A stretch of DNA of 24,916 bases from assembly GCA_018812245.1 (NCBI GenBank), contig JAHJDW010000132.1, forward strand, positions 1 through 24,916. The letters run 5' to 3'. The first letter of the stretch is position 1, and each line of letters starts with the position of its first letter. The DNA is from Bacteroidota bacterium. Lineage in GTDB: Bacteria; Bacteroidota; Bacteroidia; Bacteroidales; JAHJDW01. The position numbers were made by a program, and so were the translations under genes. Shown here one piece after another: positions 7,301 through 15,330 of this stretch. Under the pieces are notes generated by a model. The model made no database searches and was not told the origin of the DNA. It saw only the letters and a list, made by a program, of their open reading frames with translations.

Positions 7301-8233
7301 ATGATTATTAGCGCGAGCAGAAGGACGGATATTCCGGCATTTTTCAGCGATTGGTTTTACAACAACCTTGGTCGGGGGTATTTCTTGGTGAGGAATCCCA
7401 TGAATATTCACCAAATCAGTCAAATAAACATTTCGCCAAGTACGGTTGACTGTTTTGTTTTCTGGACAAAAAACCCCGAACCATTTCTCCGAAGGATTAA
7501 AGAACTAAACGGCTACAAGTACTATTTTCAATATACGGTTACCGGGTATGGAAGGTCACTTGAACCGAACGTTCCATCAATGGAAAGCACAATTCAGACA
7601 TTCATTTCATTGTCAAAATCAATTGGCCCGAAACGCGTAATCTGGAGATACGACCCAATATTGCTTTCAAATAAATTTGACATGGAATTTCATGTGTCGA
7701 ATTTTACGAATATTGCGGGTAAACTATCTGGTCATACAAAAAGGTGTGTAATCAGCTTCGTTGACTTCTACAAAAAGACAATCCGAAACCTTTCAGGGAT
7801 AGATTATGATGATATATCCCAATATCAGATTGACGCTCTTGTAAAAAACCTTAGCGAAATAGCCCGCAGTCATAACATTGAATTAGTAACCTGCGCGGAG
7901 GATATTGACCTGCGCCGCTATAATGTGAATCAAGGAAAGTGCATTGACGAAAAACTAATAGAAGAGTTTACAGGATTTTCATTGAAGATAAAAAAAGACG
8001 CCAATCAGCGCCAGGAATGCGGTTGTGCGGCGAGCATAGATATTGGCGCGTACAATACCTGCCCCCATAGTTGTTTATATTGTTATGCCAATTTTGATTT
8101 GCGACAGGTTCGCGAGAACTACGAGCAGCATGACGAACACTCAGGACTCCTTTTCGGAAGCGTTGGGTCGAAGGATACAATTCGTCAAAGGAAAATGCTT
8201 AGTTGTAAAAACATTCAACAAAAACTCCTATAG
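7301..8233 (+). CDS. DUF1848-like protein with a C-terminal cysteine cluster (putative Fe-S/metal-binding)
   Basis: 310 aa. The N-terminus MIISASRRTDIPAFF matches my recollection of the DUF1848 (PF08902) signature. C-terminal cluster ECGCAASIDIGAYNTCPHSCLYCYAN. Starts 16 nt after the methyltransferase stop. Confidence 0.55.
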   Translation: MIISASRRTDIPAFFSDWFYNNLGRGYFLVRNPMNIHQISQINISPSTVDCFVFWTKNPEPFLRRIKELNGYKYYFQYTVTGYGRSLEPNVPSMESTIQTFISLSKSIGPKRVIWRYDPILLSNKFDMEFHVSNFTNIAGKLSGHTKRCVISFVDFYKKTIRNLSGIDYDDISQYQIDALVKNLSEIARSHNIELVTCAEDIDLRRYNVNQGKCIDEKLIEEFTGFSLKIKKDANQRQECGCAASIDIGAYNTCPHSCLYCYANFDLRQVRENYEQHDEHSGLLFGSVGSKDTIRQRKMLSCKNIQQKLL

Positions 8234-8321
8234 GCTCAGCAACTAATGTCCTGTATGCTTTGGACCCGATATCCAGAATTTCCAGTTATTGTTTTTTGTA
8301 ATTCAACTATTGAAATATCCC

Positions 8322-8510
8322 CTATGGGCGAAGTTGGTCTATCCCGTCAACCATTTGCTCCATTAATGTTTTCTGCTCCTCCAGCAATGAGATAACCATG
8401 TCCAATTTTCTTGAAATATCGTCCGTATCACTAGTCGAACTAGAAGTATTGGATTCAATACTAACCAATCTTCTTTCAATTTTTTCTAACCATTCAATTT
8501 CTGTTGCCAT
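8322..8510 (-). CDS. Small acidic hypothetical protein (62 aa)
   Basis: Only ORF between the DUF1848 gene and the tRNA. Coiled-coil-like, Ser/Asp/Glu-rich. Could be spurious. Confidence 0.25.
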   Translation of the reverse strand: MATEIEWLEKIERRLVSIESNTSSSTSDTDDISRKLDMVISLLEEQKTLMEQMVDGIDQLRP

Positions 8511-8730
8511 GCTAGTATAGTATAAATTGGGAGAATAACGTCATGAATTTTGACCAAAAATTCTTCCTATGAAATAATACTGCAAAGATAATTCAAAATT
8601 CAAGTGATTATGAATGATTGATGCAAATATTAACGAGATATTGATTCGCTGAATATTGAATTATTTGGTAAGGTTTTCATCATTGTATCATTTTCAGATT
8701 CAAAAAGTACACCTACTCCATACACCTTAT

Positions 8731-8764
8731 AAACAAAAAGGGTCACACGAATTTGTGTAACCCT
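8731..8764 (-). terminator. Intrinsic terminator downstream of tRNA-Pro
   Basis: Minus-strand reading AGGGTTACAC-AAATTC-GTGTGACCCT followed by TTTTTGTTTAT. The stem is 9 of 10 bp. It lies immediately 3' of the tRNA. Confidence 0.5.
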
Positions 8765-8778
8765 TTGATTTTCAACCG

Positions 8779-8852
8779 TCGGGGTGAGAAGACTCGAACT
8801 TCCGGCCCCTTGCACCCCATGCAAGTACGCTAGCCAACTGCGCCACACCCCG
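8779..8852 (-). tRNA. tRNA-Pro (anticodon GGG)
   Basis: Reverse complement CGGGGTGTGGCGCAGTTGGCTAGCGTACTTGCATGGGGTGCAAGGGGCCGGAAGTTCGAGTCTTCTCACCCCGA. Has a 7-bp acceptor stem (CGGGGTG/CACCCCG), D-arm GCGCAGTTGGCTAGCGT, anticodon stem CTTGC/GCAAG with loop ATGGGGT (U33, G37), and T-arm GGAAGTTCGAGTCTTCT. Closely resembles E. coli tRNA-Pro. No 3' CCA is encoded. Ends are +/-2 nt. Confidence 0.85.
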
Positions 8853-9317
8853 AACTTTCAACAGTACGCTATCAGCCTTACGGCAGACACGCCCCGAATT
8901 CCTTTATACAGGGCTGCGAAATTAATACTTATTTCAATGGCGGCAAACAATTTTGCTAAATATTTTGGAAGTCAGTTGGTCTCATTCATGGCTGCGCATA
9001 AAACAAAATGAACACCTGATCAATCTGTCAACTGAGGGCGGACTCGATTGGTGGCAACTTCAATTATTAATTACGGTATGATAAATACGTCACCACTAAT
9101 TAACTTATCCATTAAATATGTTGCCTCATCAACTATGTTTCCCATTGAATCCCACTCCTTCCATGATAAATACCCATTAGTCAATGTTTTCAGGTGGTGC
9201 GCAAAAGTCGTTCAACGAATTTGTATAAATTGCAATAGTCAATTTTGTTTATAATCTGAAAAATTGTCGGGTTTTTAGCGCCAGGAGGAACTACTAACAT
9301 CAACAGTTTCCCTAAAC

Positions 9318-10853
9318 CTACAATGGAATATTACCATGTTTTTTTGGTGGGTTTGATTTTCGTTTGTTCCGGCACATTTCCAAAGCCTGTATTAACTTAG
9401 GGCGGGTTTCTTTCGGGTAAATTATCTCATCGATGTAGCCAAGTTCAGCAGCTTTATACGGATTTGCAAAAGTATTTCTGTAATTATCAACGGCTGTATT
9501 GCGTTCTTCATCGGAGATTGTGCTTTTGAAAAGAATATTTACAGCTCCGGCGGCACCCATCACTGCAATTTCAGCCGAAGGATATGCGAAATTAACATCA
9601 GCTCCAATATGTTTGCTCGACATCACATCATACGCTCCGCCATACGCTTTACGGGTGATGACAGTAATTTTCGGAACGGTTGCCTCGCAGAACGCATACA
9701 ATAGTTTTGCGCCGTGTTTGATAATGCCTCCGAATTCCTGTTCTGTCCCGGGTAAAAATCCAGGTACATCAACAAAAGTAATGATAGGAATATTGAAGCA
9801 ATCACAGAAGCGTACAAACCGGGCTGCCTTAAGAGATGAATTAATATCAAGGACACCGGCAAGCACTTCAGGCTGATTTGCAACAATCCCCACAGGAAAT
9901 CCATTCAACCGCGTAAAGCCAATCAGGATATTCTGAGCATAATAGGGCATCACTTCAAAGAAGTTGTTATTATCACCCACACTCGTGATAATGTCTTTCA
10001 TGTTGTACGGCTTGTTCGGGTCATCGGGAACAACGGTCTGCAATTTTTCATCAAGCCTGTATATATCGTCCATACATTTTTTGTATGGCGGTTCATCCAT
10101 GTTGTTTAGCGGGAGGTAACTGATCAGCTCGCGCAACATCATCATACATTGTTCATCGTTATCAGCAACAAAGTGGGCTACTCCGCTTTTGGAATTGTGC
10201 GTCATTGCGCCCCCAAGTTCTTCTTTTGTCACCTCTTCGTGGGTAACTGCTTTAATAACATCAGGACCAGTGACAAACATATTGCTGGTATTCTTAACCA
10301 TCAGAATGAAATCTGTAATTGCAGGTGAATAAACGGCTCCACCGGCACATGCACCCAGAATAGCGGATATTTGAGGTATTACACCTGATGCAATTGTATT
10401 CAGGTAAAAAATTTCAGCATAACCTGCAAGGCTTTCGATGCCTTCCTGTATTCTCGCGCCTCCTGAATCGTTTAACCCTATTACCGGGGCTCCCATTCTC
10501 ATTGCGGTTTGCATCAGTTTTACAACTTTGTCGGCATTGGCCCGGCTCATAGTGCCTCCAAATACTGTAAAATCATTTGCGAAAACAAACATTAACCGCC
10601 CATCAATTTTCCCATATCCGGTAATCATCCCATCACCTGGAATTTTATTTTTCTCCATTCCGAAATCACTGCAACGATGGGTAACAAATTTGTCTGTTTC
10701 AACAAACGATCCGGGGTCAAGCAGATCATTGATCCTTTCTCTGGCGGTTTTTTTTCCTGCCTTATGATGTTTTTCAATCCGCTCAATTCCGCCGCCCAAT
10801 TCTGACTCTTTTTTCCGGTTTTCGAAAAGTCTGTATTTTTCTTCCAAGCTCAT
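9318..10853 (-). CDS. Biotin-dependent acyl-CoA carboxylase, carboxyltransferase subunit (propionyl-CoA carboxylase beta / methylmalonyl-CoA decarboxylase alpha family)
   Basis: 511 aa. Conserved carboxyltransferase N and C domains, e.g. [72 protein letters not shown]. Confidence 0.9.
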   Translation of the reverse strand: MSLEEKYRLFENRKKESELGGGIERIEKHHKAGKKTARERINDLLDPGSFVETDKFVTHRCSDFGMEKNKIPGDGMITGYGKIDGRLMFVFANDFTVFGGTMSRANADKVVKLMQTAMRMGAPVIGLNDSGGARIQEGIESLAGYAEIFYLNTIASGVIPQISAILGACAGGAVYSPAITDFILMVKNTSNMFVTGPDVIKAVTHEEVTKEELGGAMTHNSKSGVAHFVADNDEQCMMMLRELISYLPLNNMDEPPYKKCMDDIYRLDEKLQTVVPDDPNKPYNMKDIITSVGDNNNFFEVMPYYAQNILIGFTRLNGFPVGIVANQPEVLAGVLDINSSLKAARFVRFCDCFNIPIITFVDVPGFLPGTEQEFGGIIKHGAKLLYAFCEATVPKITVITRKAYGGAYDVMSSKHIGADVNFAYPSAEIAVMGAAGAVNILFKSTISDEERNTAVDNYRNTFANPYKAAELGYIDEIIYPKETRPKLIQALEMCRNKRKSNPPKKHGNIPL

Positions 10854-10893
10854 AATGTTATTGGTTTTAGTCGTGGTTGTGCAGAATCAAATT

Positions 10894-11406
10894 TTACTCA
10901 ACAATAATCAGGGGTTGGTTTGCAGTAACAGTGTCTCCTTCCTTAACTTTGATTTCTTTAATTATTCTGTCTTTTTTCACTTTATACTCGCTTTGCATTT
11001 TCATTGCTTCAACAATAATTACAGTCTGACCTTCTACTACAGAATCTCCGGCATTTACCAGAATTTTGACTACTTTTCCGGGCATAGGTGTGGAGATTAC
11101 GACTCCTGATTCATTGTCGTGTCCTTTTGGCCTGTTAAGCAAATACTTTGCTTCAGCATCAATAATGTCAACTTCGTACGTATGCTGATATGTTTGTACT
11201 TCGTATTTTTTTTTGTTTTCGCCACGGAAAATCTCAACGTTATATGATTTGCTTCCTATCACAATTGAATAAACGCCTTCTGAAACCCTGACAATATCCG
11301 TTTCATAAGTGGTATCATCAACTTGAAATGTTATCAGGTTTTCATCCCTTGTCAGCATATCAACCTGGCAAGTATGATTATTGTCAATATTTAATTCTAA
11401 TTTCAT
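10894..11406 (-). CDS. Biotin carboxyl carrier protein (biotinyl domain)
   Basis: 170 aa. C-terminal biotinyl-lysine motif VIIVEAMKMQSEY in a lipoyl/biotinyl hybrid-barrel context. Lies between the carboxyltransferase and biotin carboxylase genes. Confidence 0.85.
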   Translation of the reverse strand: MKLELNIDNNHTCQVDMLTRDENLITFQVDDTTYETDIVRVSEGVYSIVIGSKSYNVEIFRGENKKKYEVQTYQHTYEVDIIDAEAKYLLNRPKGHDNESGVVISTPMPGKVVKILVNAGDSVVEGQTVIIVEAMKMQSEYKVKKDRIIKEIKVKEGDTVTANQPLIIVE

Positions 11407-11429
11407 AGATCACTGTTTTGAAATATTAT

Positions 11430-12938
11430 TTACAATCGCATCATGCCTGCTTTTCTGCCGTGAGATTTCCATTCACTAATTGCCGGATTTTTTTCTTCAG
11501 AGTTGTTGCTTTTTTCATGCTGCGACAAGTAATCATAATAAGCAACCATGGCAGCAATATCTCTCTGGAAACTGTTTTCTGTCTTTGACTCAAAAAGGAA
11601 TGCCTTGTTGTTTTCAATAAAATGTGTACTGTATTTTCCGGATACAAAATCAGTTGCTTCCATGATTCTTTGAAGGAATTTTATGGAAGTTTTTATGCCG
11701 GTGATCTTGTATTCATATAAAGCTCTTTTCATTCTTTTAATGGCTTCATCGCGGGTTTTTCCCCAAACAATCAGTTTTGCAATCAAAGGATCATAATAGA
11801 TCGGTATTTCAAAACCTTCAAATACATATCCGTCAATCCTAATCCCAAAACCATGAGGTTCGCGCACGTACTTAATAATTCCGGGGCATGGCATAAAGTT
11901 ATTGTCAGTATCTTCAGCATAAATCCGGCATTGAATAGAGTGCCCGTCCTGGAATAAATCTTCCTGAACAAATGCTAATGGAAGGCCGTTTGCAATATTA
12001 ATCTGTTCTCTTACAAGATCAACACCGACGACTCTTTCAGTAACAGTGTGTTCGACCTGAAGTCGTGTATTCATTTCAAGGAAATAGAAATTCAGATCGT
12101 CGTCAACGATAAATTCAACAGTGCCTGCTCCGTGGTAGTTCACCGCTTTTGCCGCAGCAACTGCTGTTTCCCCCATTTTTTTTCTGACTTCGGGTGTTAG
12201 AATACACGAAGGCGTTTCCTCTATTACTTTCTGGTGGCGTCTCTGAACTGAGCATTCACGCTCGAAAAGATGAACCGTATTGCCGTGTTTGTCGGCAAGT
12301 ATTTGAAACTCGATATGGTGAGGCGATGCAATATATTTTTCGATATACACTGCATCGTTGCCGAATGCAGCTTTGGCTTCTGACTGCGCAGCGCGTACTG
12401 AAGGAATCACATCCTTCATGTTTTTCACAAGGCGCATTCCTTTACCTCCACCGCCGGCTGAAGCCTTTATCATTACCGGAACACCGATTTCTTTAACTAT
12501 TTCAAGCGCTTTGTTTTCATCGGTAATGCATTCAGTTGTTCCAGGTACAACAGGAACCCCCGCTTTTATCATGGTTTGACGTGCGGTAATCTTATCGCCC
12601 ATGGTAGAAATTGCATAAGGGTCAGGTCCAATAAAAATTATCCCTTCTTTTTGGCAGCGCTCCGAAAATGCAGCATTTTCGGACAAGAAACCGTATCCCG
12701 GATGTATCGCATCTGCTCCTGTTTTTTTTGCAGCTTCAATGATTTTATCAATTACAAGGTAGCTTTCAGAAGACGGTGAGGGACCGATACAGCAAACTTC
12801 TTCTGCATACCGAACATGCATCGACGGTCTGTCAACTTCTGAAAAAACTGCAACAACCGGAATACCTATTTCACGGCATGTACGCATGATTCTGACGGCT
12901 ATTTCTCCGCGATTTGCAATAAGAATTTTCTTGATCAT
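11430..12938 (-). CDS. accC: Biotin carboxylase subunit (ATP-grasp) of an acetyl/propionyl-CoA carboxylase
   Basis: 502 aa. N-terminus MIKKILIANRGEIAVRIMRTCREIGI, ATP-grasp motifs (MIKASAGGGGKGMR, EMNTRLQVEHTVTE), C-terminal biotin carboxylase domain. Confidence 0.9.
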   Translation of the reverse strand: MIKKILIANRGEIAVRIMRTCREIGIPVVAVFSEVDRPSMHVRYAEEVCCIGPSPSSESYLVIDKIIEAAKKTGADAIHPGYGFLSENAAFSERCQKEGIIFIGPDPYAISTMGDKITARQTMIKAGVPVVPGTTECITDENKALEIVKEIGVPVMIKASAGGGGKGMRLVKNMKDVIPSVRAAQSEAKAAFGNDAVYIEKYIASPHHIEFQILADKHGNTVHLFERECSVQRRHQKVIEETPSCILTPEVRKKMGETAVAAAKAVNYHGAGTVEFIVDDDLNFYFLEMNTRLQVEHTVTERVVGVDLVREQINIANGLPLAFVQEDLFQDGHSIQCRIYAEDTDNNFMPCPGIIKYVREPHGFGIRIDGYVFEGFEIPIYYDPLIAKLIVWGKTRDEAIKRMKRALYEYKITGIKTSIKFLQRIMEATDFVSGKYSTHFIENNKAFLFESKTENSFQRDIAAMVAYYDYLSQHEKSNNSEEKNPAISEWKSHGRKAGMMRL

Positions 12939-13031
12939 CAGCAGAATTCTGTTTTATTTGAAAATAGAGAATTTGAAATTAGTACAAATCAAAGATAAAA
13001 AAAAAATTGGACGGCTCAATATTCTTGTACG

Positions 13032-13772
13032 CTATTTCAGTCTGAATTCAACCTTCATTTCGTAGCGAAGCTTCATTTTCTGGAAATTTGGTGTTGATGA
13101 GTTGGCGCTTTCATAACTCATGGCTGACTGGCTTACGAAATTACTTACGTTGCTTTCATTAGAGAAATAATAATTGTTGTAGTTGTTCTCTACCTCCTGA
13201 ATAAGTAATGCCTCGCCCAATTCCTCTCCAATGCTTTTTGCTAAATAATCGGCTTTGTTTTTACTGGCAATCAGCGCTCTGGTTTTCACATCTTTGCGCA
13301 ATTGCTCAATATCGCTGTGCGAAGTTTTGCTGATGTAGAAATTATCAATGGAATTCTCATTTAATCCCGACACTATTTTATCCAGTTTCTCGGGAGTGCT
13401 TACTTTTATAGCATACGAGATAGAACTCATGAAATCAGGCTCTTTCCGGCGACGTGTGTACCAATAATAATCCCAGCGCTCATTTCCCGTATAACTTGAA
13501 ATGCTGATGTTGCTGTCGGCTACACCTACTTCACGGCAAAGTGCAAGGAAATCATCTTTAATGCTCTCTAATTTTACTTTCTTCCTGCCGGCGTCCAGAT
13601 ATTCTTTCAGCGTGAAGGTCATGAATATTTCGTTGGGAACGAATTCCAGTTCCGCACTGCCGACTACACCAATTTTTTTAGGTGGTTCAATTTGATTGCT
13701 CCCGCCATGGCAGGAAAATAATACCGCGGAAATTCCCGCGACAAGCGACAAAATTAAGATTCTGTTTTTCAT
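13032..13772 (-). CDS. Lipoprotein, SIMPL-domain-like (DUF541 / periplasmic immunogenic protein family)
   Basis: 246 aa. Lipoprotein signal with lipobox LFSC. VVGSAELEFVPNEIFMTFTL and the C-terminal AKSIGEELGEALLIQE resemble SIMPL consensus regions. Family assignment is from memory. Confidence 0.5.
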   Translation of the reverse strand: MKNRILILSLVAGISAVLFSCHGGSNQIEPPKKIGVVGSAELEFVPNEIFMTFTLKEYLDAGRKKVKLESIKDDFLALCREVGVADSNISISSYTGNERWDYYWYTRRRKEPDFMSSISYAIKVSTPEKLDKIVSGLNENSIDNFYISKTSHSDIEQLRKDVKTRALIASKNKADYLAKSIGEELGEALLIQEVENNYNNYYFSNESNVSNFVSQSAMSYESANSSTPNFQKMKLRYEMKVEFRLK

Positions 13773-13896
13773 GGCAATTTTGGGTTTGATGTGGTTTCTA
13801 AATCAAAGATAATATTTTTCTTTTCCCGAGGGTCAAAAAAGTATTTCTGCACCCTGCTCTGGCATCTCAGATATCAATCTCTTTAATCTCATCATT

Positions 13897-14349
13897 TCAC
13901 CCAACGCCTGCCAACTGCACAAACCCTGGAATCTCTCCAATAAACTCCCATGTCTTTTCAAGAAGATTTATCCTTGCCGTAAAACACCTTTCGCCATCAG
14001 TAATCAACAGATAATCAGCTTGTAACGCAAAGTTGTAAACTGCCGCCTGGGCAAATGTCTCAGAATCAATACCAGCATCTTTCGACTTGCATTCAACCAA
14101 AAGCCGTGGGCGCCCGCAATAGTCGCTTGCCAGAATGTCGAAACGCTTTTGCAGCCTGTTGTACGTCACTCTCTTTTCAATAGATAGCAACGATAGGGGA
14201 TACGCCAATTGGTAATGAAGAAAATGAATTACATGCTGCCTGATCCACTCTTCAGGAGTAAGCTGCACGTATTTTCTACGAACAGGATCGAAAATTTCCC
14301 TGCGACCGTCCGTCTCCCTGTATTTTGCACTGATAGGTGGAAAAATCAT
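13897..14349 (-). CDS. Standalone type I restriction enzyme HsdR N-terminal-domain protein (PD-(D/E)xK nuclease fold)
   Basis: 150 aa. RFDILA...PRLLVECKSK...QAAVYNFALQADYLLITDGE matches the HSDR_N D...ECK...Q..Y...TNG pattern. Confidence 0.65.
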   Translation of the reverse strand: MIFPPISAKYRETDGRREIFDPVRRKYVQLTPEEWIRQHVIHFLHYQLAYPLSLLSIEKRVTYNRLQKRFDILASDYCGRPRLLVECKSKDAGIDSETFAQAAVYNFALQADYLLITDGERCFTARINLLEKTWEFIGEIPGFVQLAGVG

Positions 14350-14356
14350 GACGCCA

Positions 14357-15316
14357 TCAAGGTTTAAATTTAACTAATCCACTCTGCGATGCAATCCAGA
14401 TAACGCCGTTTTTTCCAACCATCAACTGGTTGTTGAAATAATCGGGTATGCACGAATTTTCCGGATCAAGCATCTTCCAGCTTCCGTTTTCAAGGTGTGC
14501 AATCCCAAAATTTGTTGCCACCCAGAGGGCGCTATCCTGCTGAAAATCAATTACATGATGCGTGTATGCGGGATAGCCGTTTTCACCATCACGGGTAATT
14601 TTCCACATCCCATTGCTGATTTTCGCAATACCTTCAAAAAACACTATCCAGATATTCCCCACTGGATCAACTGCAATCTGGTGAATCGTATTATCAGGCA
14701 ATTGCGAATTCTCCTTTGTGATGATTTCCCATTTTCCGTCTGATAGCACGGCGTATCCTCCTGTTGTCCCAACCAGTATTGCCCCATCGGTAGTGTGCGC
14801 AATGCTGGTAACCTCATTTGCAGGCAGTTCAGAAGTAATAACAGTTTGATTTTCCCTATCTGAAATCAACAAACCTTTCGGAGTGCCTACATATAAAACA
14901 TGATTCGCAAAATGCAGACAATTAATGTGATTGTCAGGTAGTTGTGAGTTTTCGCCAGATAATTCATGCCATGAATCCTTACTCTTTATTGCTACTCCAT
15001 GATGCTTGGTGCCAATCACCAGATCTCCCTTATCTCCGAAACAGAGCGCAGTAATGAACTTGTCGGGTAATGGGGAATTTGTAGTATCGAAAAATTCAAA
15101 CGTATGACCATCAAAGTGGGAGAGAACCCCGCCTGAAAAGCAATCGCCAGTGGCAAACCAAACATCATCGCCTTGTCCGGGCAACAGCAGTTTAATCACA
15201 TTATCGGGCACTTTGCTGTTGGTGGTGTCATATACCGTGCATTGCCCGAACGACCCATGTGGCACATAGAAAACGACCGTAATTGCCAGAAAAGCCAATA
15301 AACGCTTCATATCCAA
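14357..15316 (-). CDS. Secreted protein made of two-component-regulator-propeller (Reg_prop) repeats
   Basis: 319 aa with signal peptide. At least 5 repeats of SxLPDNxIxxL...G..W.GT, e.g. SQLPDNTIHQIAVDPVGNIWIV, SQLPDNHINCLHFANHVLYVGT, SKVPDNVIKLLLPGQGDDVWFAT. Confidence 0.7.
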   Translation of the reverse strand: MDMKRLLAFLAITVVFYVPHGSFGQCTVYDTTNSKVPDNVIKLLLPGQGDDVWFATGDCFSGGVLSHFDGHTFEFFDTTNSPLPDKFITALCFGDKGDLVIGTKHHGVAIKSKDSWHELSGENSQLPDNHINCLHFANHVLYVGTPKGLLISDRENQTVITSELPANEVTSIAHTTDGAILVGTTGGYAVLSDGKWEIITKENSQLPDNTIHQIAVDPVGNIWIVFFEGIAKISNGMWKITRDGENGYPAYTHHVIDFQQDSALWVATNFGIAHLENGSWKMLDPENSCIPDYFNNQLMVGKNGVIWIASQSGLVKFKP

Positions 15317-15330
15317 AACCAGCTTCCCGA

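Noticed and set aside
8784-9011. 75-aa + strand ORF
   Set aside because: It lies antisense across the tRNA-Pro gene and its promoter region. It is an artefact of the open frame.
9499-9904. Antisense ORFs (125 aa + and 93 aa -) inside the carboxyltransferase gene
   Set aside because: Embedded in, or antisense to, a strongly conserved enzyme gene. No motifs. Typical shadow ORFs.
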